Shown: positions 1-11,950 of the stretch, piece by piece
Numbering within the stretch: position 1 is the stretch's first letter
Layout: each line of letters starts with the position of its first letter
Source of the DNA: Fistulifera solaris
Lineage: Eukaryota
Direction: 5' to 3'
Assembly: GCA_030295235.1 (NCBI GenBank)
Contig: AP026164.1
Location: 434,001-498,000, forward strand
Length of the DNA: 64,000 bases
Notes under the pieces: generated by a model
Database searches by the model: none
What the model saw: only the letters and a program-made list of their open reading frames with translations
Told to the model about the DNA's origin: nothing
Made by a program: the position numbers and the translations under genes

Positions 1-908
1 TGTGAGTGTACAGCGTGCTAGAACTTGAATACGGGCCGGAATCTGATGCGGAAGGGCAACTCCCCTGTGTAACGCCATTCCATCCGGTACATTTTGCTTT
101 CCCAATAAGAGAATACTGCATGCAGCTATCAATAACGGACATGCAATTGCGACGAAAGGAAGTCCTCCTTTTTGTCGAGAAATATATAAAATGCCAAATC
201 CTGAAATAAAGTCACATTCGAAAAGATGAGAAAGGACAAAGTCCAGAGACAGCAAGCGAGAGTTATAGCAAGAGCAGCAGCGTTCATGATAGATTCTTGG
301 AGGAAAATAAAAATCCGATCTCAAATTTCAACTCGTCCGCAAAAAGCAGATTATCTTGATGGCGCCTAAATAGAGGGATCGGACGTGCGCTCTCTATAAG
401 CTATTGGCAATGTTCTGAGTTTTGAGACGAATGAACAAGTTGTGATGTATTAGGCGGCACATCATGATCAGCAATGAGACCGTCGCATGTCAAAGAAAAG
501 GTGCACACTTAAATTTCTTTTATCGCACGTGTTTCGCACGTGTTTGCCACGAGCTTAAAAGCATTTGTTTAGCGTTTAAGAATTCCGGATTCCAACTTCG
601 ATGTGGGTCCAACCTTCGTACGTTCGGAATTTGGGACCTACCTCAATAAATACTTTGTATCATGTCCATTTTCATTTCACACCATGGCGGTGGTGATGAC
701 AACGGTGATACAGGATCATAACAATACCATTTTCTCTTGCGAATCTATTTCAATCATAAAGACCTACCTGATTCCTTACAGTTAACCTGCAACCCTTGTT
801 ATTGCGTGTTTGGGTTGATCTACTGTGACGAAAACCGCCGTTCATTTATTGCGCCGCTTCTCCACAAACGCGTCAACTTGCTTGAGTTGTTCAACAGATC
901 AAAGCATC

Positions 909-1923
909 ATGGAACGATATCAACGGCTAGAAAAGGCCGGAGAGGGAACATATGGTGTGGTCTACAAGGCAAAAGACAGAGTCACAGGAGAAATTGTCGC
1001 TTTGAAAAGATTCGTCTCGAAGCAGAAGACGAAGGGATACCCTCAACTGCTATTCGAGAAATATCATTACTGAAAGAACTTCAGCATCCGAATATTGTTC
1101 GCCTGTATGATGTGGTTCATACCGAGAGAAAATTGACACTTGTCTTTGAGTTTCTAGATCAAGATTTGAAAAAGTATCTCGACATATGCGACACGGGTCT
1201 GAGCTTACCGATTCTCAAGTCCTTTTTGTATCAGCTGCTGACCGGCGTGGCTCATTGTCATCACCATCGAATATTGCACAGAGATTTGAAACCGTAAGTC
1301 TTGGCTGTTTTGATTGAAAGGAAAATGCCACGGAGATAGTTGTACCAGCTCGATCGTTTATGTATGACTACGTACTCATTTGTGCTAACCGCCCCTCTGC
1401 CTCCGTAAATAATCCTGCGAACAGTCCCAACTTACTCATTAATCGCGAAGGACAACTAAAATTGGCAGATTTCGGTTTAGCAAGGGCTTTTGGTATCCCT
1501 GTACGATCGTATACCCACGAAGTGGTTACTTTATGGTATCGTGCACCAGATGTTTTAATGGGGAGCCGCAGATACTCGACCCCGGTCGATATCTGGAGTG
1601 TTGGGTGCATCTTTGCAGAAATGGCGAATGGGCGACCCTTGGTAGCGGGGACTTCCGAAGCGGATCAACTTGATCGTATATTCCGATTGTTAGGGACGCC
1701 TTCCTTACAAGATTATCCAGGAATTGTTGATCTACCGGATTATTCACCGGACATGCCACCCTATCCCCCACCTCGACAGGGTTTAGCATCTCTAGTTCCT
1801 TCTTTGGGTCCAGATGGTGTCGATCTTTTGTCAAAAATGTTGCAATATGACCCAGCGAGACGTATTACAGCGCAACAAGCACTCGAGCATCCTTTCTTCT
1901 ATGATATGACAGGTCGACGTTGA
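909..1923 (+). CDS. CDKA: Cyclin-dependent kinase, PSTAIRE type (CDKA/Cdc2 family); 2 exons
   Basis: [21 protein letters not shown] from ATG 909, then [24 protein letters not shown] and [18 protein letters not shown]...CAG intron at 1294-1424 joins to HRDLKPPNLLIN. One A is missing in the A-run near 1005-1008 (ALK-K-IRL). Confidence 0.95.
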
Positions 1924-1997
1924 CAAATAATCAAGTTAAATTACAGCACTTATACATCTTGCCCACAAACTTTCAATATCTTGCGGTGAAAGGGGCT

Positions 1998-3901
1998 TTA
2001 ACTCGTCGACAATGTAGTGGATGATGTGTAGCTTAAATTGCCGGTAGATCCTTGTAAGAGTGGGGACGACTCACTCATGGCTATAAAAGCGCCTCTCGTG
2101 CTATTTGCTAATAGTGCAGGGGGTTCATTTGTATTTTCCATGACATCCAAAGGGTCCGAAATGGTTCTATTGCTTGCCCGAGTAATTGAATCGCAAGCGC
2201 TAGTTTGTGCAACACAGCGGCGCCTCTTTCGACTTGGTGTCTTTCCCACGTCTTGTCTGCACATGGGACAATTGCATGGATTACCACAGCCTGAATGAAC
2301 CCACGTTTTCCAGCAGGTCTCACAGAATATGTGGCCGCATCGAAGCAGCTTAATATTTTTCCCGTCAGCGCCATAGAGGGGGAATTCCGTAGGTGTCAAC
2401 ACGACGGAGGAATCTATTCGCGCTTTTAAATTCATCCACTCGTTTGAGGACGTCTGTCGCTTTCAAGTCCGAATCCTCTCCCCTCGGAGGAAATAGTTCA
2501 AGACAGATGGGACAAACCTTTGTCTTATACTCGCGCTGCAGTTGCCTGGCCTTTTCTCGATCGACTGAATTTAACTGACTCCGCTCTTCAGCATATCGCC
2601 ATCTCTTTTTCGATCTCGGTATTCACCCCACGCTCCGAAAAAAATGTGAAGATGGCGAAAGCCATAACAACTCCAAAACGAGTAATAAAATCATTGATTC
2701 TATCAGACCAGGTTGGTGGTCCTGCTTTCAGCATGTCTGTAAGATCGGAGATGGCGTGCAGAATAGCCCCTCCAAAGTCGCGTCTCTTCAAATCAGGCTT
2801 CATGTTCACAACGATGTGGTCGAGGCGCCACCAAGGAAGTACTGACGATATACTGCTCCTCGTAGAAATGAAGCAAACGTGATCCTGAACTGACAAAAAT
2901 ATAAGAAGCCCATGGGTGTTCTCCAAATCGTTCTTTGCCTCTCCTCCTCCGTCGCCTCTAGTCGACCACCAACTATCGTGTAGAGTTCTTGCAAATACTT
3001 GGGCTGCATCATTTACCAAGTCTTGCTCATTCTCATAAGCATAGTAAGTCCCATCCCTTAGAACAGCGGATATATCCATCTTCCTGACAGTCGCAACCGC
3101 AAGTTCGACTCGCGGCAAACGCTTACCACCCCCAGATGCATAGCTTAATGTTGTTACGTTGTCCTGCAATCTTCGTCGTACAGGTGGGCCTATTGCGACG
3201 TCCCAAGGTCGAGAGACTTCAGGCACTACCGCTCGTTCTCCGTTCCCAAAGGTGTCTGTGAAGTTTTCCAGCGCAATTGCAATTTCTTCAAGATACAAGC
3301 CACCCAGCACCCAGTCTGGATCGCAGAGCCGTAAACCATGACGACCTTCTCTTAGACTATCTCGGGGCTCTAAATGTGAAATGGCACACCTTAATGGATT
3401 CTCTAGCGGATTGGGATAAAAGTCAGGTGTCCAACCATACACTGTAGGATTTTTATACGAAACCCGAGTCTCCGATTTAACGTCTCCGCTTGCGGCAGCC
3501 CCATCCCAAGATCCAGCCTGCTGACTATCGTCACCTCGTGAAGTAAAAAAAGAGCCCGAGAGCGGTGTGCGCCACCATGCTAGACGGCTTCTGCCTGAAA
3601 AATGTTCTTTATGTCGCAATTGTAAAAGTGCAGAGGAAGCGCGTCTGGTATGCGAACCCGTCAAAGCCGCGTAGTAAATGGCGACGGCCTGTATGACGAC
3701 TAAAGATAGCGTCGCCATCCAGACTTTGTAAGAAATCAGCCAACTGCGATATCGTGCTTGTCGCATTTTGCGCTGAAGAGGCGTCTCTTCGCTGTCTGAA
3801 TGCATCGATATCACGCTCAAGCACTCACCGAAAAGGCGTTCTGTCAATCTGGCACTCTCCATTGCCGCAAAACTGTTATTTTCGTGAGTTCGTGTTGACA
3901 T
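1998..3901 (-). CDS. Membrane protein with TPM (MOLO-1/Psb32-like) domain, transmembrane helix and C-terminal RING finger
   Basis: [54 protein letters not shown] and [10 protein letters not shown] are TPM-like. After three homopolymer indels (about 2640, 2608 and 2380) the frame continues CPICLELF...[13 protein letters not shown]...CPMCR. Confidence 0.75.
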
Positions 3902-4620
3902 TATGGTGACACGTTTGCTTCAATGTTCAGGATCGGCTTGCAAGTTCATCAGAATTTTTTAATTTGAAATTTGCAAACAAGTTTTATCGCGAAAGAGACG
4001 GTTCGTAGTTGGTGCTTTCCTCTTTATCCGTTCACTCGAATGCTTCGCATAAGGTCGATACATTGAGGTTCTGTCACATCATGAAAAGAGGCAAAAGTCG
4101 TCGCAAAGATTAAAGAACGCGTTCTTTCAAAAGTCAAGAAAAGCTGCGGGGCCTGTCAGACTGTCAGAATGTCAGACGACAGACGACGACAGACACCAAA
4201 AGGTTTCGAGTTTGGACCTTCAATCCTTCATCCCTAATCCCTAGTCGACCCTTTTCTCCGCCGCTCCACGAGTCAAATTTCCTCCGTTGAAACCTCAAAC
4301 GTGCAACCGACCACAGTAAAGTGTAGCCTTGGCTGGTACATTCGTTGTGCGACCAAATGGCACGAATGCATTTTTATAAGTAAAAATTGTATCAGATCAC
4401 GTTCCACGTCCATGCACGCGTTTTCGATCGATGCCAAGAAAAATCCGATCGCCCACTTTTTCCAAAAAAACTTCTTGTTTGACATCCAACGAATAAATAA
4501 ATCCTTTACCAACGTATCACTTCCTTCTACTTTCATAAAACGATACTTCACAAGAAAGTCACCATGCTTCAATCGCCCCACAACAGGCTATCTCTTTGCT
4601 GCCTTTTCTGGTTGATCACA

Positions 4621-5487
4621 ATGGGATCTAGCAGTCCCTTGAGAAATAATCTCCGAACACGACTGCTTAACGAACACGGCGCCGATAAATGCCTTCTTGA
4701 TGTTCATGTCCAATGTACTGTCGAAGGAAATGAACAACTTCCTATGAATTGCGACGACTTCGTACCTGCGCCTCTGCTGTTAGCACAATGTACAGAAACA
4801 CCCTTTTCGGTCACGATGCTTCTTCGTGGTGATCGATGCCAACCAAGCAATCTGGGTGTTGATTGCCAAGACCATTTCCCCCGCTCCGAAACATCACAGG
4901 AAGACGATTGGTTGTTTGTTGTCGCAACTGATGCGTCTGGTAAGGCAATGGAATACCACCGTGGTTGGGTTCGTGTTGGTGATCATTACATACTTTCCAA
5001 TGGGTTACCAATGGAACATGGGATTCAGATCAACGTGTATAATGATGAACACGAATCGAACTTGTATCAAAGGGTTACGTATCGAGAAAAACTTTGCACG
5101 AATCAACACGCCTTTCTTGGTTTACTAGGCGGTTCGCAGATCATTAAATTCAAGGATAGGTACAACAACGCCGTTACACCATTTCGAAGCTCATCTTATC
5201 AAGCTTTCATCGACATCAAAATCTTACGACAAGATAAGATGGCAGAAAGTATCCGACTTGAGTCGCTAAATGTATTAACGAGCTTTGAAGACATTCTCGA
5301 ATTATCAGATGAACTGAAAGGAGCTGTTCTTGAACAAGGAACATCATACCAAGTTCGCGTCCCGCTATCACTCAACTTGTTGGAAAAGCAAGATCATTCG
5401 TTGCTTGTCCAAGTCACGGGAAAAGCAGGCGAATGTGTCGGAGCTAGCTTTCATAGAATTATGGATGCCCGAACGGTGTCCAGCTAA
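4621..5487 (+). CDS. Hypothetical protein (about 288 aa)
   Basis: Long uninterrupted ORF filling the space between neighbours. No family recognised. Start is 4621 or 4564. Confidence 0.6.
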   Translation: MGSSSPLRNNLRTRLLNEHGADKCLLDVHVQCTVEGNEQLPMNCDDFVPAPLLLAQCTETPFSVTMLLRGDRCQPSNLGVDCQDHFPRSETSQEDDWLFVVATDASGKAMEYHRGWVRVGDHYILSNGLPMEHGIQINVYNDEHESNLYQRVTYREKLCTNQHAFLGLLGGSQIIKFKDRYNNAVTPFRSSSYQAFIDIKILRQDKMAESIRLESLNVLTSFEDILELSDELKGAVLEQGTSYQVRVPLSLNLLEKQDHSLLVQVTGKAGECVGASFHRIMDARTVSS

Positions 5488-5626
5488 AATTGTCAGGCAC
5501 ACTACAATGTGGCTTCCCATTCTGTTGCTACTTCTACATAAATCTAGATCCGCACTTTCCGTTCACTAATGAATGCATTTGAATGTATTAGTCGGCTTCT
5601 CGATGCTATCGTGTTGTTCATTGAAC

Positions 5627-6784
5627 TTATCTATGTTCCATCTCATTTGCAAAGCGGTCGATGCATGGGTAGCCACATCCAAAATCTCGAACGTAACAAT
5701 TTGCCTTTGCCAGTTCGAGCTGTGGCGAACCATCTTGACTGCAAGGAAAATTCGTCTCGTTCTGGCAAGCGTTTTCAATCTGTTGACGAAGATCACGAAA
5801 CTGAGCAAGGTCTCTCTCAAATGATGGTCTGCCGATCAATTCATCGATGGTTCTATCCAGTGACTTGTTCGCAACCTCGTATAACAGTCGGTCACCAACG
5901 TGCGTCTGCTTCCATTCGGCTGATTCGAAAAAAGATGTAATGGCAGGAGTTAAGAAAGCTCCAGCGAGAGAGACGCATCGGTTTCCACTGAGATACCAGC
6001 TTCCATTTCTCTTGGACGGCATGGTAATCAAATCCGTCCATGGCAGTTTCGTCAACCAAGACCAGACTAGAAGCGACTCATCCAGACGGTCAACCACAAA
6101 CAAAAAATGGTAGAACGTTGTGATGCGCCGAATGGTTTCGTATAATTCCGAAATACGGTCATTTTCATTTGTAACATTGACAACCAATTCCTTGTCAGCA
6201 GTGTAATCAAGTAAAAAATCAGGTTTCGTCTCGCGAAGCTTCTGAATAATAAACGAATCCTTCGGATTCCTTGGACCGCCAGTATTCTTATGGAATGAAA
6301 CATAATGAAAGTAAACACTCGACATGGCTCGGGAGGACGGCTCTCGAATCGGTGCTACACGAATCGCACTCGCGTCATCATCCCATGAATATTCTCGTGC
6401 CAGTTTGTGTTGCCAGTGAACGGTGCAATTGTGGCGATTTTGAATTCGTAACACGACACCAGCAAGGGTACTGCTCGCCGATTTCGGAACTTTGATCAAT
6501 ACCAGCCCCATTGGTGAGCCCTTCTGGGTATTGCGATCATTCCTACACCATGCATCAAGGTTATGAACGGACCAGACTCGACTCAGTTTAGTCGCGAGAT
6601 GATCTAGACACGCATCTTGTAGAAAGCAGTCTGGTCTACTTTCGAACTCCGGCACAGCGACCACCACAGGAATCGGTAAATCCGATGATTGTTGATTCAA
6701 GAACAGTAACAACTGCAGCGATAAGCAAAGGAGAGAAACGGCAACACAGACTGATAGCCTTCTCGAGAGAAGCCGAAGGGTCAT
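5627..6784 (-). CDS. Type II membrane sulfotransferase (Gal-3-O/carbohydrate sulfotransferase-like)
   Basis: N-terminal signal anchor, 5'-PSB-like LIKVPKSASST, 3'-PB-like IREPSSRAMS, DRLDESL and DRLLYEVAN motifs. Confidence 0.8.
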   Translation of the reverse strand: MTLRLLSRRLSVCVAVSLLCLSLQLLLFLNQQSSDLPIPVVVAVPEFESRPDCFLQDACLDHLATKLSRVWSVHNLDAWCRNDRNTQKGSPMGLVLIKVPKSASSTLAGVVLRIQNRHNCTVHWQHKLAREYSWDDDASAIRVAPIREPSSRAMSSVYFHYVSFHKNTGGPRNPKDSFIIQKLRETKPDFLLDYTADKELVVNVTNENDRISELYETIRRITTFYHFLFVVDRLDESLLVWSWLTKLPWTDLITMPSKRNGSWYLSGNRCVSLAGAFLTPAITSFFESAEWKQTHVGDRLLYEVANKSLDRTIDELIGRPSFERDLAQFRDLRQQIENACQNETNFPCSQDGSPQLELAKANCYVRDFGCGYPCIDRFANEMEHR

Positions 6785-7280
6785 GAATTGACTTGTGCTT
6801 GTTGCTACGCCATAGCGCTTTGCGGATAGACGATCGTGCTGCTATAATTCGCTTGCTCCTATCCCAGCTAATACCTTTTATTAACAAGCACAAGAAGCAC
6901 AGCATCAAAGATGAAAATGAATCGTCATCGAAAATGTGTGCTTTTTTTGCGTTGCGCTGCGTTCAATTTCAAAAATCTGACTGTGGGCCCAATTGTAGCA
7001 GAACTACTGCCGACTCGATTTCAGTCATTTGTCATGTTGCGATTTGGTTTTTACTCCGTATTAGGCATATACTTCCATCAGCAGCAAGCGTTTTTTTCGT
7101 TTTAAAGGATAGCCATACTTCGTATCATGACAACAAGCTGACGCATTCTTTGCGTCGAGAAAGCATGTAGCGTCCGTTACTTGAGATTCATAGCACGCGA
7201 TTCTAAAACTAAGGCTAAATCTAATAAACGACAAACCGCAAAAACTGTCTTTATTCAATTTGATTGTTTCTATGACATGT

Positions 7281-8600
7281 TTATAAGAAGTACTCGGGTT
7301 TGAATTCCTCGGAAACTGCTTTTTGCTCTTGTTCTTGCTGCTCGTGCTGCGGCTGTTGTTGTCGCTCTTGGACAAGTTCATCATCGAATTTAAGAACGGG
7401 ATCTGAAGAACTCGTGTCACTATCATTTTCGATGAATAAGATACCATTTTCCACAATTGCCTGTGGGATATCCATTGTGATATCTAGGCCTTCTTTATCT
7501 TTGCCCATGGGCTGCTCTTCTACGACATAAATCATATTACTTCGCGAGGAATTCGTCTCGGTGACACGCCTACCTCGATGCCCACTGTCCGACCCCGTAC
7601 TAAAGTGCGTTATCATCAATGGGTCTTCTACTTGACAGAACTTGCAGCCCAAGCTAGCAAAAAATCGCCTCATTTTAGCCTTGGTGTCAGGTCGATTGCG
7701 AACAAAAATGAGAAAATTCCAGAGGCCCTGTAGAGGCTCACAAAACGAAGACATGTAGTCAAGCCAGTAGGCTTTCCAATTGAACCAGTGTGCGATTGAC
7801 CACAAAGTAGAGGGCATCCACGTAATCAAAAATGAAAGGGAATAAAGAATAGCCTGCACGGCTACTTTCGTCGATTCCGATTCGGTGCGTCCCAGGGTAT
7901 GGCTCGAGTGCCCATCGATGCTGTAGCGATTCAATCGCTTGACGGTGCGTTTGACTTCCATGCAGATAAAAGCCATACAGATGCAACAAGCCAGCACGCA
8001 AACCCAAAGTGGTCCGTAGAACAAGAGCACACCGTACAACCAAGCATGATTTCCCCGCTCGCAGGGCACATCGCTGGACTGGAAACTGCTATCTCCGCAC
8101 TCGGCGGGGTCTCCAATAATCCAACACACGGCTCCTATATGATTGTATTGCTCCAGAGGGAGTAGAAGGAATGAAGTTCCGACAGAAAATGATAGAATGA
8201 ACCCGTGCACCCACAATTCAATTGAGGCAAGCATAAGATCGGTCCATCGGAAATTAATAATGAGTAAATAGAACAGCGCCAAAGAACAGTTGTAAAGAGG
8301 AGCACCGACGGCTAGTTGCAAAAGGAATCCTTGAAAGTTGCACGTACCGCGATTGCCGGCACTGAGAGCGAAATTTCCCTCAGGAACAAACCACGTGGAC
8401 ATGAACCATGCGAAGGAGGAAAGGATATCGATGCAACTCATTCCCACAAGAATACGTTTAACAGGGCCTGCTCTATTGCGTTTCCCGTCGCAGTAGACCT
8501 CGTAAATAATCATAGCCGAGCATGGTATTGAAAGAGGCGCAGTGACTTTGGGTGTAATGGCAACAGCTCGCTGCTGCCGGTAGCTTAGTTGTTCCCCCAT
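7281..8600 (-). CDS. Seven-transmembrane GPCR-like receptor (cAMP-receptor/Git3-like class)
   Basis: Seven hydrophobic segments, RILVGMSCIDIL, TCNFQGFLLQ, CWI, QAILYSLSFLITW and PLQGLWNFLIFVR, followed by an acidic/Q-rich C-tail. Confidence 0.85.
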   Translation of the reverse strand: MGEQLSYRQQRAVAITPKVTAPLSIPCSAMIIYEVYCDGKRNRAGPVKRILVGMSCIDILSSFAWFMSTWFVPEGNFALSAGNRGTCNFQGFLLQLAVGAPLYNCSLALFYLLIINFRWTDLMLASIELWVHGFILSFSVGTSFLLLPLEQYNHIGAVCWIIGDPAECGDSSFQSSDVPCERGNHAWLYGVLLFYGPLWVCVLACCICMAFICMEVKRTVKRLNRYSIDGHSSHTLGRTESESTKVAVQAILYSLSFLITWMPSTLWSIAHWFNWKAYWLDYMSSFCEPLQGLWNFLIFVRNRPDTKAKMRRFFASLGCKFCQVEDPLMITHFSTGSDSGHRGRRVTETNSSRSNMIYVVEEQPMGKDKEGLDITMDIPQAIVENGILFIENDSDTSSSDPVLKFDDELVQERQQQPQHEQQEQEQKAVSEEFKPEYFL

Positions 8601-9814
8601 CGGAGTAATTTTTATGATAAGGAATAATTACGGTGATCGAATGTTTTGAAAAGCATTAAAGAAGGATTGGCATTGCACGCTGCTGGGCTATGTGGTATAC
8701 CAGGGAAAAGAGAATCAGTTGTTAGTTGTTATGCCTTACATGAGAAACGAAACCTGGTGCCAGTACGGTACTTCGTTTAGCAATCATACTGGTATCACTC
8801 TTAAATTCAACAAAATGCCGGTCGGTGGTCGATGGTCGATGCAAATGATCGATGGTAAATGGGTGTCACATTTGTTCGGACCAATGAGATTCATTGATGA
8901 AGAAAGACACAGTGCATAGTGAAGTACTATGTAGATAAGACAATTTAAACTCTGGTGTAAAGTGTATTAAGCCTGTAAGTACTCGGTACCGCATGGTTTT
9001 AGGCCGTAAATTGCTCGAAACTTCCCACGTTGTGCACGGCAGAAGCAAGCAATAGGTTGACACCATCAAACTTTAACCCTAAACAGAAATGAAAAAAATC
9101 GACAAATGCAACCTTTACAAACATGTTACACGTGATAGTCACGAGTCGCAGCCCTTAGAGCTACGAAGCTTTTTATTTTGGCAACAGATGTGATATAAAA
9201 GGGTTCTAGGGTTTGATGCAAAAACCTTAGGGATCGTGCGGTCTTCAGTGTCACTTTGGAGCCGACGTAATGAATAAATATGCTTCTGGGTTACACTGCT
9301 ACCTTTAGCCCTCACTTGTCCTGCAAAATTGACAATCAAGATAAACGCGTTTCACCAAGTGATAAACTTTCAACAGTATTGTCTTCCGTATTTACTACGT
9401 ACCCAAAGTGTTTTTCCGTTTTTTGGCACGACTGCATTTGAGTCATGAGTCAGTATCTTCCTAGCCACGCTGCTCCGCTCGCACAAAATGATAGGTCTAG
9501 GCTGAATTCGCTTATTTTACAAATTAATAGCCTTCTCCAGAGTTTTGCTGTACCTCATCTCAAATATTTGACGTCGAAAAGTCTCGTTAATCGTTAGTTC
9601 CCGTAATAGGATAAGCCCAAAGTAACGAAGGCGAACCTTTCCTTACAACTCACGACTGCTCCTCCTACTCATGACTAAATCAAGGTCCCCATCCTCTTAA
9701 CGCTTAACCCTATAGGAGGGGTACACGCGGCATTCTCGTTGTAACCCATAATTCTTTCACATCGTTCGGCCTTTTGATAAGCAAATATCTCTTCTACCAG
9801 ACGTCCAACTCCTA

Positions 9815-10326
9815 ATGATTACGTGCCTATCACATCAACTGAGCTCATTCATTTTACCGTCGGCACCGGGTGTGCTTTCTTCTTTGACTTTAGCCCAAGA
9901 GCTTACACCAGCATTGCCTACCCCAAGGATCGCTCCTTCGATAGATCCTTTAATGAATTCTGATTCGGGTTATGGAATCATCTCTGCATTTATTCTGGCC
10001 GGCTTTGCGATAAATTTACAAAGTCACCGCTCGCAGAACGATTTTGTACTAGCGCCTCCTCCCATGAAGGAAAATATTCGATCGGCTGTCACCAACAGAA
10101 CAACATTCCAGGACTGGAAAGACATTTCTCGACCAGAAAACTTTGTGTTATTCAAAAGAGAGCAAACAATAACGCAGAAACTTCGTATCAGCGAATTGAA
10201 AAGCGTTGGGTCTTCTTCGCATTGTTACTCTTGTTCACTCCTATCTTTTCGTTCGAGTTCTTTTTGACGGTGAGCCGTCCATTATTCTGTGCCTGGGACC
10301 AAGATTTCTGCCAACCGTACCATTAG
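9815..10326 (+). CDS. Small hypothetical membrane protein (frameshift-corrected)
   Basis: The ORF from 9815 has a hydrophobic segment and FQDWKDISRPENFVLFK. Restoring one A at about 10154-10157 continues it as RANNNAETSYQRIEKRWVFFALLLLFTPIFSFEFFLTVSRPLFCAWDQDFCQPYH, stop at 10324-10326. Confidence 0.6.
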
Positions 10327-10955
10327 ACCCGTGGAATTCGCTGTTGCTATTATGGTCCTGTGATTTGAGGTACGCAAAGATCCTTGTATTCGCGCACTGG
10401 GCGTTGTGGTGGCTGAGAATCGGCGAGCACGTGTTAACGCTTTGACTTTCACAAGAAAAAATCGAGACTGGATATAAAGGTTGCTACCTTCATGGACAGC
10501 ACGGACAGCAACTGCTACGGAATATCGATTGGCTGTTTGTCGAGCAAGATGAAGCAAAGCGCGTCAGTTCGGAGGGAAAAGTGAGATGACGACTGCTCCC
10601 CGAGGATGGAATGATTGAAACAACTGCCCCCTGTAGTAACTTGAGTCCACCTTGATTGTTTTTTCTCGCTGGGACCGTAAAGCTGATGGCACACCGTGTT
10701 GATCCCTTTGCAATTGTTGCTTGCAATATACCAGGTAAACCAACTCCGGAGGGCTATAGAAACCTGATCCCTTATCTACTGAGAGTCTCTATAAGCACGA
10801 AGCACCATAATTATTCTACAGAAAAAATTTCAGAAGAACATCCGCCCATCGCAGATCGAGTATTTTCTTTCAAAATATTTCTTTCGTTGATATTATACGA
10901 CTCTTTTAAATCCAACCTGCAATCCGCGCACAAATCCGATGCGATTTCAAAAGCG

Positions 10956-11771
10956 ATGGCACTGACACAGAAAGCAGGTCAGCGAAGTACGGCTGTGTCA
11001 AGACGTGTCTCTTTAGACGACAGAAGAGTCATGTTATTGCGCAACAAGAGCCGTCTTTTCTTCGAAATGTTTATCATTGCGACACTGTTGGTCGCGTTTG
11101 TCATACTTGGGCGAACAGGTCGGACGCCATCTAAGATTAGTCTCGTGGCTCCTTCGGTATCCCTTCAAGGAACGGAATCAGACAATCAGCAAACGGTTCG
11201 CTTATCAGCGACTTCTGGAGGATTAGCGTATTATTCTTGTCCTTCATCAAGACCTTCTTTAATATTTTTACACGGCGCAGCATTCAACAAAGAAGACTGG
11301 AGGAATTCAGGGATTTTGCAGAATTTTTGTCGGCAATGGTCCGTCGTAGCGCTCGATTGGAATGTTAAAGCAAGCTATCAGCAACTTCTGGAAGTGATAA
11401 GAGACTTGAGTGATGCAGGTCAAGTGTCTTTGCCCATTAAAGGTCTGGTGACTCCGTCGGCTTCCGGTTACGCTGTGATTAGCAGCTTGCAGGGAAATTT
11501 GTCAGCCCTGACGTCTCCCATTCAATCATGGATCCCCGTTGCTTGCAATGCTCTGCTATCGGTTGATGCACCAACGTTGGCTCAGTTTGATGGATGGCCA
11601 ATATTTGCAATATACGGCGATCTTGACCCGTCTGGAAAACGTAGCTCGGATTTACTAAAGCAACATTCGGGGGCGACTGTACAAGAGCTGTCCGGTCGAC
11701 ACCCGTGTTATTTAGACTCTCCCGTGGAGTTTGTTGACACCATCAATGGATTTTTGAACGGAATCGAATAG
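10956..11771 (+). CDS. Alpha/beta hydrolase, ABHD14-like, with N-terminal membrane anchor
   Basis: LIFLHGAAFNKEDW, VALD, VTPSASG (ABHD14-type nucleophile elbow), IYGDLD and GRHPCYLDSP. Start is uncertain (10956 or 11031). Confidence 0.8.
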   Translation: MALTQKAGQRSTAVSRRVSLDDRRVMLLRNKSRLFFEMFIIATLLVAFVILGRTGRTPSKISLVAPSVSLQGTESDNQQTVRLSATSGGLAYYSCPSSRPSLIFLHGAAFNKEDWRNSGILQNFCRQWSVVALDWNVKASYQQLLEVIRDLSDAGQVSLPIKGLVTPSASGYAVISSLQGNLSALTSPIQSWIPVACNALLSVDAPTLAQFDGWPIFAIYGDLDPSGKRSSDLLKQHSGATVQELSGRHPCYLDSPVEFVDTINGFLNGIE

Positions 11772-11950
11772 CGATAGCATAAGCATATGGTATTTGTTTG
11801 AATTTTTTAATGGTAAGAGGTGAGAGCGTCTTTTTACTGCTAGGAGAGTTTTGCTTGAGCTTCTAAGGTAGCTGTATTTCTTGATGGAATAACAACAAGA
11901 TATTCTCGGTGCATGTGGATTCGTTGAGTACGCCATTATCGACTTTCGTG

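Noticed and set aside
1003..1012. Programmed ribosomal frameshifting at recurring AAAAG break sites
   Set aside because: Breaks go in both directions and occur in all base types, with no shared slippery heptamer or downstream structure. Sequencing error is far more parsimonious.
9074..9231. Telomere-like words (TAACCCTAA, CTAGGGTTT, TTAGGG) suggesting a telomerase RNA template or interstitial telomere
   Set aside because: Isolated 6-9-mers with no tandem array and no recognisable RNA gene structure.
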